A program made the translations under genes and the position numbers. The notes beneath the pieces were generated by a model. The model was not told the DNA's origin and made no database searches. It saw only the letters and a list, made by a program, of their open reading frames with translations. From Clostridia bacterium (lineage in GTDB: Bacteria; Patescibacteriota; Microgenomatia; UM-FILTER-40-11): a stretch of DNA of 53,447 bases. Below, in pieces: positions 25,483 to 34,820 of this stretch. Within the stretch, counting starts at the first letter, position 1, and the number at the start of each line of letters is the position of its first letter. The stretch is taken from contig DATKVU010000171.1 in assembly GCA_035529915.1 (NCBI GenBank), positions 1-53,447 on the forward strand, written 5' to 3'.

Positions 25483-26093
25483 TACTTGGTACTGAAATGA
25501 AACGATGAACTGTTTAGAATAGGAGGGAGCCGCAAGGCGTCAGTGAAATACCTCTCTTTCGTTGTTTTCAGATCTAACTCATTCTGGCTGGAGACGCCAG
25601 AGGGGACCGTGCCAGGGAGACAGTTTGACTGGGGCAGTCGCTTGCTAAAAGGTAACGCAAGCTCACAAAGGTACCCTAAGCCCGGATGGAAATCGGGTGG
25701 TTTGTGTAAAGGCACAAGGGTGCTTGACTGCGAGACTGACAGGTCGAGCAGGTGCGAAAGCAGGTCTTAGTGATCCCCCGCCATTCCGTGGTTGGAGGCG
25801 GGGCTTAAAGGATAAAAGTTACCCCGGGGATAACAGAGTAGTCGCGCCCGAGCGTCCACAGCGCCGGCGCGGTTCGCTACCTCGATGTCGGCTCACCACA
25901 TCCTGGCGCTGAAGAAGGTGCCAAGGGTTGGACTGTTCGCCCATTAAAGTGGTACGTGAGCTGGGTTCAGAACGTAAATTACATTGCGTTCTATTGCAGT
26001 AATGCAGTACAATAAATCTGACTAAAATCGGTGAAACCCTCTTTCGGTTTTTAGAACTGGCCGAGAAGGGTAATACCGAGGGTAAGTCAAGAG

Positions 26094-26630
26094 GTGAGAA
26101 AAGAAGAGCTTGCTTATATTGCGAAGCAAACAAGCTTGGCTTATATTGCTGGTTTTCTAGATGGAGATGGATGTATTATGCTTCAGTTGGTATCTCGTAA
26201 GGATTATATTCTTGGATATCAGATAAGGGCAAGCATTGTTTTCTATCAAAAACAGAAATATAGGTCTTTTTTAGAAGAGATTAAGGAAAAGTTGAAATAT
26301 GGTTATATCAGGGAGCGAAACGATGGTATAGTGGAATACACTATCGTCGGATTTGAACCAGTAAAAAAGATTTTAACCTTACTTTATCCTTATTTGAAAC
26401 TGAAAAAGCAACAAGCCAAACTTGCGCTAGAAGTTATTGAGAAAATTCCGAAAGAAGTTAGGTTGCCAAAAAGAACGAAATTAAGCGCTGAGCTTCTAAT
26501 GGAATTATCATATGAAGTTGATAAATTTGCATCTTTGAATTATTCAAAGAGACGAACCAACACTTCAGCACAAGTAAAAGAATTCTTAATATCTCACAAT
26601 CTCTTGAATCCCGTAGAGACTGATCCCTAG
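26094..26630 (+). CDS. Single-motif LAGLIDADG homing endonuclease, I-CreI-like
   Basis: [36 protein letters not shown] and [15 protein letters not shown] are collinear with I-CreI as I recall it. GTG start. The 3' end of the ORF runs into the intron R element. Confidence 0.8.
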   Translation: MRKEELAYIAKQTSLAYIAGFLDGDGCIMLQLVSRKDYILGYQIRASIVFYQKQKYRSFLEEIKEKLKYGYIRERNDGIVEYTIVGFEPVKKILTLLYPYLKLKKQQAKLALEVIEKIPKEVRLPKRTKLSAELLMELSYEVDKFASLNYSKRRTNTSAQVKEFLISHNLLNPVETDP

Positions 26631-26659
26631 GTCCATCTAGTCAATGGAAGTAAGGTGAC

Positions 26660-26676
26660 CCCGATGTTACATCGGG
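26660..26676 (+). repeat. Copy 5 of the 17-nt hairpin (in the 23S intron)
   Basis: Exact 17-mer; the stem extends to 19 nt. Confidence 0.95.
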
Positions 26677-27137
26677 GATACGTCAGCTCCTAAGTTAGTA
26701 AGACTTTAACTTAGGATGAAGATATAGTCCATGCCATAAGAAATTATGGAATAACATGCGTGAGACAGTTCGGACTCTATCCAGAGCATACGTTCGATTC
26801 TTGAGGGGAGTCCTCCACAGTACGAGAGGACCTGGAGGAGGGAACCTCTGGTGTGCCAGTTGTTTCTGTCAAGAGCACCGCTGGGTAGCTATGTTCCTTA
26901 AGGATAACCGCTGAAAGCATCTCAAGTGGGAAGCCCACCCCAAGATTAGGAATCGTTGCCAGCTTAGCTGGCGAGAGACCCCTGGGAGATTACCAGGTTG
27001 ATAGGCGGCCGGTGTAAGTGCAGCAATGCATTTAGCCTAGCCGTACTAATGGTCGAATGTAGTTTGTTTACCAAGCTTAGCTTGGTTTACATCGAGTTTT
27101 CTCTTCACTATTCAGAGAGCAATTTGCTATAATATTG

Positions 27138-27255
27138 TGCTGGTACTTTGAGCGAGCTGGAACTACCTGATCCCATTTCGAACTCAGAAGTAAAACGGTT
27201 CAGCGCCGACGATAGTGTCTGGGCAACTGGATGCGAAAATAGGTCAGTGCCAGCA
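27138..27255 (+). rRNA. rrf: 5S rRNA
   Basis: Helix I pairs TGCTGGTAC with GTGCCAGCA. Internal CCCATTTCGAACTCAGAAGTAAAAC is present, and a T-run follows. Confidence 0.9.
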
Positions 27256-27329
27256 TTTTTTATGTTCCTTGTCTCTTGTGGGGATAAATGCTATAATTGT
27301 TTCATTCTAACGAAAGGTGGAAATGAAAA

Positions 27330-28499
27330 TTGCCGAAAAAGAAAAAAGAAAAAAAAGAAACTAAGAAAAGAGAAATAAAAAAGAAATCTCCTCGAACTTC
27401 TAAAGAACCCTCCGTCGCTAAAGCTATGAAGGGCGAGCCAACAACCATGGAAGAGCTTTTGGCTCTGGAAACAGAGAAAATCCGCGGTCTTAAGAGAGGC
27501 GAGATTATTGAAGGAATTGTTGCTGAGATTACTCCTAAAAGCATTTTCATTGATATTGGTGCTAAAAGCGATGGAGTAGTTTTGGGTAAGGAATTTGAGA
27601 GGGCAAAAGACTTTGTCAAAAATCTGAAAGTTGGCGATAAACTCAAGGCTTATGTTGGTAGTGTTGAGAGCGAGAACGGCCAGATTTTGCTTTCTTTGCG
27701 TCAGGCAGCCAGTGATTTTGCTTGGGGAAACTACCAAGAGCTTCTTAAGAGTGAAGAAACCACTGAAGTTCGGGGAAGAGAGGTTAATAAAGGAGGGCTA
27801 ATTGTTGATGCTTTATATTCTCTCCAGGGGTTTGTGCCTGGCAGCCAAATTGGCAGCGCTTGGCAGGGGAAAATTGATCAGCTGGTTGGCCGGAAAATTG
27901 AGGTTAAGGTAATTGAGGTTAATCGCGAGCAAAACCGCTTGGTTTTTTCTGAGAAACTGGTTTCTGATGCTGAAAAAATAGAAAAAATTGCCAAGGCAAT
28001 TGAGAAATTAAAACTGGATGATAGCTTTGAGGCCGAAGTGACCCAAGTGGCGCCATTTGGTCTTTTTGTTAAGATTAAACTGGATAAGGAAGAAGTTGAA
28101 GGATTAGTTCATATTTCTGAAGTCTCTTGGCAAAAAGTTGAAGATTTGGCCAAGCTTTACAAGCCAAAAGATAAAGTTAAAGTAAAAGTTATTAGTCTGG
28201 AGGATGGTCGGGTTCAGTTTTCCATCAAGCAACTTTTGACTGATCCTTGGGATGAGCTGGAGAAAAAGTATCCGGTAGAGAGCAAACTTAAAGGCGAAGT
28301 AACCCGCCTGACTTCTTTTGGGGCTTTAGTAGAGATTGAGTCAGGAATTGAAGGTTTGGTTCATATTTCCAAGATTCCACCAGAATTGACTATAAACGAA
28401 GGGGACAAGCTTGATATCTACATTGAGTCAATTGACATGGAAAACCGCCGGATTTCTTTAGGGCTGGTTTTAAGCCAAAAGCCAATAGGCTATAAGTAA
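27330..28499 (+). CDS. rpsA: 30S ribosomal protein S1 (four S1 domains) with a Lys-rich N-terminal extension
   Basis: Repeated S1-domain signatures (G.V...T..G.FV, GLVHISE). TTG start lies 9 nt after GGTGG. ATG 27426 is an alternative start. Confidence 0.8.
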   Translation: MPKKKKEKKETKKREIKKKSPRTSKEPSVAKAMKGEPTTMEELLALETEKIRGLKRGEIIEGIVAEITPKSIFIDIGAKSDGVVLGKEFERAKDFVKNLKVGDKLKAYVGSVESENGQILLSLRQAASDFAWGNYQELLKSEETTEVRGREVNKGGLIVDALYSLQGFVPGSQIGSAWQGKIDQLVGRKIEVKVIEVNREQNRLVFSEKLVSDAEKIEKIAKAIEKLKLDDSFEAEVTQVAPFGLFVKIKLDKEEVEGLVHISEVSWQKVEDLAKLYKPKDKVKVKVISLEDGRVQFSIKQLLTDPWDELEKKYPVESKLKGEVTRLTSFGALVEIESGIEGLVHISKIPPELTINEGDKLDIYIESIDMENRRISLGLVLSQKPIGYK

Positions 28500-28595
28500 A
28501 ATTTTCTTCTATTGACTTATCTGCTATACTGAAAGCAGTAAAATTTGTTAACCTGCCCTCCATAAAATGGAGGGTTAATTTGTAAAGGAGGAAGA

Positions 28596-29225
28596 ATGGC
28601 ACCAGAAATATATCTGGGGAAGGTTCCCGTAAATATTGAGCAGATTGCGTCTCCTGGCCGAGAGAGAGAATTTAAGCTAATACGCCGAGCTGATTTACCC
28701 GAGTTAGAAGGTTTTTTACCAATCGAAATTTCTCCAGGAATTGTTTTATATGAGCCGGATTTAGGGACAGATGAGGTCGAGAATGTCTTTCGTGTTTTCT
28801 ATTGTCTTTATGTAAGTCAGGGTGTTCCGGCTAAATATATTTACCCCTCCAAAAGTCGTTTGGGGAAAGAATTGCGACAGCCTTCTCCTCTAATAACTAA
28901 TTTTGGAAAAACACTCCATATTTTGTCTTGGCCTTCGGGGCCAGAAGCTTTTGTGTATTGGAGTAGACGGCCGGAAGTTGGTTTTGAAGAGATATTTAAA
29001 GTGAATAAGGAGGGTTTTACGCCAATTGAGCCCAATCTGCGGTCAGTGATGGGAGGGAAATTTTTATTTGACCCTTTGCTAAAAGACGAGATAATAGTTG
29101 GTCCGATAGTGGGCTCCGAAAGCAGACGAGGTGGATTGTGGATGGCAATGGGAGAGACTTTGAATGAGGTGGAAGATTTATGGCGAGAAGAAATGGCAGA
29201 AACCGTCGCTTTTGTTCAAGGATGA
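28596..29225 (+). CDS. Hypothetical protein
   Basis: Preceded by an AAGGAGG Shine-Dalgarno. No motif I recognise. Confidence 0.5.
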   Translation: MAPEIYLGKVPVNIEQIASPGREREFKLIRRADLPELEGFLPIEISPGIVLYEPDLGTDEVENVFRVFYCLYVSQGVPAKYIYPSKSRLGKELRQPSPLITNFGKTLHILSWPSGPEAFVYWSRRPEVGFEEIFKVNKEGFTPIEPNLRSVMGGKFLFDPLLKDEIIVGPIVGSESRRGGLWMAMGETLNEVEDLWREEMAETVAFVQG

Positions 29226-29237
29226 TATAATTTCCTT

Positions 29238-30575
29238 GTGAAGAGAACTTCAACTCAGTTTGTTTGTAAGGATTGTGGGTATGAGAGTTTACGCTGGATG
29301 GGGAAATGCCCGAATTGTGGGGAGTGGAACACTTTTCAAGAATTCAAAACTCCCGCCTCCGCCCATCCGAATCGGAGGGCTTCGGTCGGGCAAGCAAAAC
29401 TCAAAGTTAGCGAGGCGAGGCCAATTAAACTTTCAGAAATTAAAGCGATAAAAAGCCAAAGAATTCCTTCGAGGATAGGGGAACTTGACCGGGTTTTGGG
29501 TAATGGTTTTGTTCAGGGGTCAGTAGTTTTGCTCGCGGGCGAGCCAGGAATAGGTAAATCAACACTTTTGCTGGAGCTTTGCAAAAACTTGGCTTTAGTT
29601 TTATATGTTTGTGGTGAAGAGTCAGTCGAGCAGGTAAAGCTAAGAGCCCAAAGGTTAGGTTTGGAAGGAAAAGATTTGCTGCTTTTGCCGGAAACTAATG
29701 TAGAGGCAATTATTGAAAAAATACCCCAATCAGCAAACAAAAGTTCTTCTTTTCTTATTATAGACTCCATCCAAACCCTTTGGTCAGAAGAAATTGATGC
29801 TTATCCGGGTTCAATCTCTCAAGTCAGGGGCTGTTCACAAAAGATACTCGAATATGCCAAGAAGAATGGTATAACAGTAGTTTTAGTCGGTCACGTAACT
29901 AAAGAAGGAGCGATTGCCGGGCCAATGATTTTGTCTCATATGGTGGACACGGTTTTGTTTTTGGAAGGCGAGCGTTTTGCTGATCTGCGACTGCTTCGGG
30001 GAATTAAAAATCGCTTTGGTCCAACTGATGAAGTTGGGGTTTTTAGGATGGAAGAAAAAGGAATGCAAGAGGTCAAAAATCCTTCAGAGCTCTTTTTAGA
30101 AGAAGAGAAAACAATAGGAAAAGAGGCCGGCAATGTGAATATTTGTGTGATGGAAGGGACCAGGCCAATGTTACTGGAAATTCAGGCTTTGGTCACCCAA
30201 AGTGCCCTGGCAGTCCCACGGCGAGTAGTTAATGGGGTGGACTATAATCGAGTTTTGTTGCTTACAGCCGTAATCCAAAAAAGTTTGGGGATTCCTTTAT
30301 ATAATCAGGATATTTTTGTTAAAGTTGCTGGCGGCTTTAAGGTTTCCGAGCCGGCAGTTGATTTGGGTATTTGTTTAAGCATAATCTCTAGCTTCAAAAA
30401 CCAGCCTATGCCCCTTAAAACTTGCGTTTTTGGCGAAGTGGGCTTGTTAGGTGAGGTGAGACGAGTCGGAGGAGAGGAGAAAAGAGAAAAAGAAGCCAAA
30501 AAATTGGGCTTTAAGCAGATACTTTCTCCCAAAACCGTTAAAAGTCTTCGTGAGGCAGCAAAAGCCCTTAAATAG
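29238..30575 (+). CDS. radA: DNA repair protein RadA/Sms
   Basis: Zn finger CKDCGYES...CPNCGEWNTF, Walker A GEPGIGKST, KNRFG motif and a Lon-like C-terminus. GTG start. Confidence 0.9.
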   Translation: MKRTSTQFVCKDCGYESLRWMGKCPNCGEWNTFQEFKTPASAHPNRRASVGQAKLKVSEARPIKLSEIKAIKSQRIPSRIGELDRVLGNGFVQGSVVLLAGEPGIGKSTLLLELCKNLALVLYVCGEESVEQVKLRAQRLGLEGKDLLLLPETNVEAIIEKIPQSANKSSSFLIIDSIQTLWSEEIDAYPGSISQVRGCSQKILEYAKKNGITVVLVGHVTKEGAIAGPMILSHMVDTVLFLEGERFADLRLLRGIKNRFGPTDEVGVFRMEEKGMQEVKNPSELFLEEEKTIGKEAGNVNICVMEGTRPMLLEIQALVTQSALAVPRRVVNGVDYNRVLLLTAVIQKSLGIPLYNQDIFVKVAGGFKVSEPAVDLGICLSIISSFKNQPMPLKTCVFGEVGLLGEVRRVGGEEKREKEAKKLGFKQILSPKTVKSLREAAKALK

Positions 30576-31181
30576 CTTTCAGCCAAGTTGTCAACCCTTT
30601 TTTTGAGTTTTCCACAAGAGTTAAAAAATCATTAAAAATTGTTGATTTTGAGGCTAAATTACATGAAGTAATTTGTTATAAGCCTCAGGTTTTTAGGACA
30701 GAAAAATACTATAAGCTTGACGTTGAAAAAAAGGTATGGTATAACCAAATCAATGAGTAAACGTCGGCTGGTAAATTTGTTGAAAAGGAGATTTTCCTTC
30801 CCTTTTGGGAAACTAGCCTCTTCTAAGAAAATTGGCCATGACCAGTGGTTTTGTCATCAATTAAAAGATTTTTCCCGTCTGGGTGGGCAGTTGATTGTAA
30901 TGAAGATGGGGTAAAGCTCCTTGAAAACCGAGGACTAAATGCCTTTCTTACCAGGTTCTTACCTCTCCTTGACTGAGGCCTGATTTTTCACCTTTATTTT
31001 GAGCTTAATTGAAAAGAGCATTACTACCGCTAAGACTTTAGTTAAGATGAAAAGCTTACGAATAGTAATGCCCTTCGTGTTTAGGATTTAAACAAGGACA
31101 GGTTTTAATTTAAATCCTAAAAAAGAAAATAACATCCATAGGAGGAATTGTCAAGACCATTTAATAATTAAACGGTCAAAA

Positions 31182-31937
31182 ATGCTCAAAATAGGCTGTA
31201 AACAACTAGCAATAATCGGTTTGGGACTAACGGTGGGCATTTTGACTTTAATTTCTTCTTTGTTGGTTGATAAAAATTACCAGGTAAGTGCTGAAAGCCT
31301 GGGAGAAGGTAAGCTTATTTGCATGCCGGCTGATGAGCAAAGCAATATTACTAATGAGAAGTATCGCTTTAATAAAATAAAGGTGATTAATAAAACTGGC
31401 CAGCCAGTCACTATCTGGGTTCAGGAAAACCTTTGCGATTTTCAGGGAGAATTCCCAGGGCCCGGGTTTCGTTGTGATAACTTTGTCAGAAGGTTTAAAG
31501 AAACAATTCCTCCAGATCCAAATGCGGCCCGAGTTTTTGTGATTAATGTTCCTTGTAATAAAATTGGGCAGCTGGATGTTGCCCAGGATGATGAGGCAAT
31601 GGGCAGCTTAACTCCTGACTGCTTTAATACTGCTGACAACCGGGTTTGGGAAGGGGGAATTGCTTTTACGGTGGCGACCAATGTCTGTCCTACCAAGGTG
31701 CCGCCAACCGTGACTCCGATTCCAGCCATAGCGACTGCCACTCCTCGGCCGCCAACACCGACAGCAACACCAACGACAAAGGTAGTTGAAAAAGCAATTA
31801 CTGCCACTCCGACTCCTACTCCTAAAAAAGTTGTTAAGAAGGTAGTCGTTTTACCGGTGACTGGCTTTAATGGCGAGGCTTTACTGCTGGTAGGGGCGGC
31901 TGGAGTGCTCTTGAAAATTATCTCTATGATGCTTTAA
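31182..31937 (+). CDS. Secreted surface protein with a Pro/Thr linker and an LPVTG sortase-type sorting signal
   Basis: N-terminal signal/TM segment. LPVTG (31851-31865) is followed by a hydrophobic tail. Confidence 0.65.
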   Translation: MLKIGCKQLAIIGLGLTVGILTLISSLLVDKNYQVSAESLGEGKLICMPADEQSNITNEKYRFNKIKVINKTGQPVTIWVQENLCDFQGEFPGPGFRCDNFVRRFKETIPPDPNAARVFVINVPCNKIGQLDVAQDDEAMGSLTPDCFNTADNRVWEGGIAFTVATNVCPTKVPPTVTPIPAIATATPRPPTPTATPTTKVVEKAITATPTPTPKKVVKKVVVLPVTGFNGEALLLVGAAGVLLKIISMML

Positions 31938-32099
31938 GCTTGACCTTGGGGAGGAGGACGGCATGTTGGGCAGGCGTGCTGTTCTCCTTTCTGAGGTTAA
32001 GTCTTTTTTTGCTCTTGACAAAAAGAAAAATTTTCTGCTAGGATAAACTTCCAGGATGAAAATCCGGGAGATTTTTGCGAATAAAGCTTTAAAACTAAT

Positions 32100-32122
32100 A
32101 CCGCCGAAGAGGCGGTTTTTTT
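32100..32122 (+). terminator. pyrB leader terminator 1
   Basis: CCGCC-GAAGA-GGCGG followed by seven U. Confidence 0.6.
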
Positions 32123-32170
32123 ATGCCCAAAAAACAGGCTATTTGGTAAAAGTTATTATTAATCTTTAAA

Positions 32171-32190
32171 GCCACCGAAAGGTGGTTTTT
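32171..32190 (+). terminator. pyrB leader terminator 2
   Basis: CCACC-GAAA-GGUGG followed by five U, ending 16 nt before the pyrB ATG. Confidence 0.55.
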
Positions 32191-32205
32191 AATGAAGAGG
32201 TAAGG

Positions 32206-33249
32206 ATGTTACTAGAGATGGACCCTTCAGAGAGGGGAATAAGCACTGGATTGATTGCCAATGCTCAAGAGTCTGAGAGAGGGTGGATTTTCACTAATTT
32301 ACTAATAGAAAACAGGGATTACAGTTTTTATGGCCGGGATCTTCTTTCAATTAAGGAGTTTAATCGGAGGAGGTGGAACTATATCTTTGGATTAGCCGAA
32401 GAAATGCGAGAGATGGTGAAAGAGAAGGATTCTTGTGATCTCCTTCGTGGAAAAGTTTTAGCCAATTTGTTTTATGAGCCTAGCACACGAACGAGCTCTT
32501 CGTTTTCGGCGGCAATGCAACGTTTGGGTGGCAGCGTGATCCCAATTAATGAAGTGCGTTATTCTTCAGTGACTAAAGGTGAATCACTAGCCGACACAGT
32601 GCGGACACTCGGGTGCTATGCAGATGTCATTGTCCTGCGGCACCCGGAGGTAGGATCAGCTCAAATTGCGGCTGACTATGCTAGTAAACCAATTATTAAT
32701 GCTGGTGATGGTGCTACTGGCGAGCATCCGACCCAAGCTTTGCTGGATTTGTTTACCATTCAACAAGAAATGGGAAAGATTGGTAATTTAAAGGTAGTGA
32801 TGGTTGGAGATTTGCTCTCGGGAAGAACAGTTCATTCTTTAGCTCGTCTTCTTGCTCAATATAAGGTCAGTTTAGTGTTTGTTTCGCCCGAGCAATTAAA
32901 TGTCCCCGATGCTTTATTTAATGAGCTAAGAGCAAAGGGAGTTCCCATGGCAGCATGCACTGATATTAAAGAGGTGATTGAGTGCGCAGACGTGCTTTAT
33001 GTCACTCAAGTGCGGCCTGAGTGTTTTAAGAATGAAACTCTTTATGAAGAGGCTATGAATTGTTATGTAATTACTCCGGCACTTTTGAAGCGAGCCAAGA
33101 AGCAGATGATTATCATGCACCCGCTACCTCGTGGCAGCGAGATAAGTTGCGATGTCGATAAGGACCCGCGAGCAGCTTACTTCCGGCAAGCGGAGAACGG
33201 CATGTATATTCGGATGGCTTTGCTAGCGGCTATTCTAACTACTCCTTGA
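32206..33249 (+). CDS. pyrB: Aspartate carbamoyltransferase catalytic chain
   Basis: Motifs [18 protein letters not shown] and HPLPR. I chose ATG 32206 (after GAGG) because the track's GTG at 32182 lies inside the terminator hairpin. Confidence 0.85.
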   Translation: MLLEMDPSERGISTGLIANAQESERGWIFTNLLIENRDYSFYGRDLLSIKEFNRRRWNYIFGLAEEMREMVKEKDSCDLLRGKVLANLFYEPSTRTSSSFSAAMQRLGGSVIPINEVRYSSVTKGESLADTVRTLGCYADVIVLRHPEVGSAQIAADYASKPIINAGDGATGEHPTQALLDLFTIQQEMGKIGNLKVVMVGDLLSGRTVHSLARLLAQYKVSLVFVSPEQLNVPDALFNELRAKGVPMAACTDIKEVIECADVLYVTQVRPECFKNETLYEEAMNCYVITPALLKRAKKQMIIMHPLPRGSEISCDVDKDPRAAYFRQAENGMYIRMALLAAILTTP

Positions 33250-33463
33250 CAAGCCAAAAGAAGTGTGATTAAATATGGCTGTTTACGAAAACTTCTGTTT
33301 TGTGTCCAGTTATCGGGATTTTTCCAAGATGAGTCCCCAGGATTTAAGTTAATTTTAATAAAAAAGAAGTAAAGAGATTCTCGGTTTTTTTAATGGTTGA
33401 GTTTCTTTCCAAAACTTTTCTAGATTTTATTATCACTTGTTAATATTGTAAACTTTTAAACTT

Positions 33464-34759
33464 ATGGCCAAAAAAGCAAGCCCTTCGGGCATTACGGCTG
33501 AAGATATTAAAGATATTATTGGTAAAGCCGAAGAAGAAAAATCTCCTGCTTCTTCTCCAAAATCCAAACCCACAGACCGCACCAATGATAAGTTTAGTGG
33601 TTATGTTGATGACCGGATGATTCCTGATGCTGGTTTGCCAACAGAAAGCGTTGAAGGCGTTTTGGATACCACTCCCAATGGGCACGGTTATTTGCGGCCA
33701 GAACTGATGCCTAGCAACCATGACATCTATATTTCTTCTTCTCAAATCCGGCGTTTCCAGCTGCGTCCGGGTGATATTGTTTCCGGTCAGGCCCGAAGAC
33801 CAAAAGAAAATGAGAGATATTGGGGTCTTTTGAAAGTCGAGACAATTAATGACCAGCCGGTTGATAAGCTGGCGGAGCGGCCTTGGTTTGACCAACTAAC
33901 ACCTATTTATCCTGACCAACAGTTGGTTTTGGAAACAGAAAAAGAGGTTCTTTCTAGTCGATTGATTGATTTGGTCAGCCCGATTGGCAAGGGCCAAAGA
34001 GGCTTGATTGTTTCTCCGCCAAAAGCCGGAAAAACTTTTCTGATTAAAGATATTGCTAGTGCGATTGCCAAAAACTATCCCCAGATGCACTTAATGGCGG
34101 TTTTGATTGGTGAGCGGCCTGAAGAGGTGACTGATATTAATATCCATATCAGAGAGGTAACCGGCGGTAAAGGAGAGGTTTTTTCTTCTAATTTTGATGA
34201 ATCTCCAGAAGAACAGACACGAATTGCCGAGCTGGCTTTGGAGCGGGCGAAAAGATTGGTTGAAAAAGGCCGCGATGTTTTTATTGTTTTAGATTCAATC
34301 ACCCGTCTAGCTCGAGCCTATAACCTGGCAATGCCGACTTCTGGTCGGACCTTGTCTGGCGGCTTTGACCCGGCCGCTTTGTTTCCGGCCAAGCACTTTT
34401 TGGGTGCCGCTCGGAACATTGAGGGCGGCGGTAGCTTAACCATTATCGGGACCGCCTTGATTGATACTGGTTCCAGAATGGATGACCTTATCTATGAGGA
34501 GTTTAAAGGCACCGGTAATATGGAGCTGCACTTGGATCGGCGGCTGGCCGAACGCCGAGTTTTCCCGGCTTTTGATATTCAACGCTCAGGAACTCGTCAA
34601 GAAGAGCGGCTTTATGATAAAAAAATCTATGACAAGATTGTTACCATGCGTCGAATGGTTGATATCTTAAGTCCGGACGAAAGAACTGAAGTGATTGTCG
34701 GGCGGCTTGGGAAAACCAAAAACAACCTCGAGTTTTTGGAAAGCCTTTCTGGGGGCTAA
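33464..34759 (+). CDS. rho: Transcription termination factor Rho
   Basis: Walker A PPKAGKT, ERPEEVTD and the RNA-binding-domain motif GYLR. Confidence 0.9.
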   Translation: MAKKASPSGITAEDIKDIIGKAEEEKSPASSPKSKPTDRTNDKFSGYVDDRMIPDAGLPTESVEGVLDTTPNGHGYLRPELMPSNHDIYISSSQIRRFQLRPGDIVSGQARRPKENERYWGLLKVETINDQPVDKLAERPWFDQLTPIYPDQQLVLETEKEVLSSRLIDLVSPIGKGQRGLIVSPPKAGKTFLIKDIASAIAKNYPQMHLMAVLIGERPEEVTDINIHIREVTGGKGEVFSSNFDESPEEQTRIAELALERAKRLVEKGRDVFIVLDSITRLARAYNLAMPTSGRTLSGGFDPAALFPAKHFLGAARNIEGGGSLTIIGTALIDTGSRMDDLIYEEFKGTGNMELHLDRRLAERRVFPAFDIQRSGTRQEERLYDKKIYDKIVTMRRMVDILSPDERTEVIVGRLGKTKNNLEFLESLSGG

Positions 34760-34820
34760 GGCTTTTGACATCTTCTTCTCTTTTTGCTATTCTTTTTAGA
34801 CTCAACTGATATTGAGTCTT

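Larger units (their letters stand above)
25976..26758 (+). mobile_element. Group I intron in 23S at the I-CreI-equivalent site (GAACGT | CGTGAGACAG)
   Basis: P1 pairs exon GAACGU with the internal guide sequence GCGUUC (25986-25991), with a terminal U-G wobble. The intron ends in G (26758). An R-like element CCCGTAGAGACTG lies at 26610-26622, and S element AAGATATAGTCC at 26719-26730. Confidence 0.85.

Noticed and set aside
30717-30914. The 65-aa ORF from the track, taken as a gene.
   Set aside because: Its first 40 nt coincide with a promoter-like -35/-10 pair. Only the shorter frame from ATG 30758 could be translated, and it has no ribosome-binding site. I kept it as a low-confidence remark inside a finding and not as a feature.
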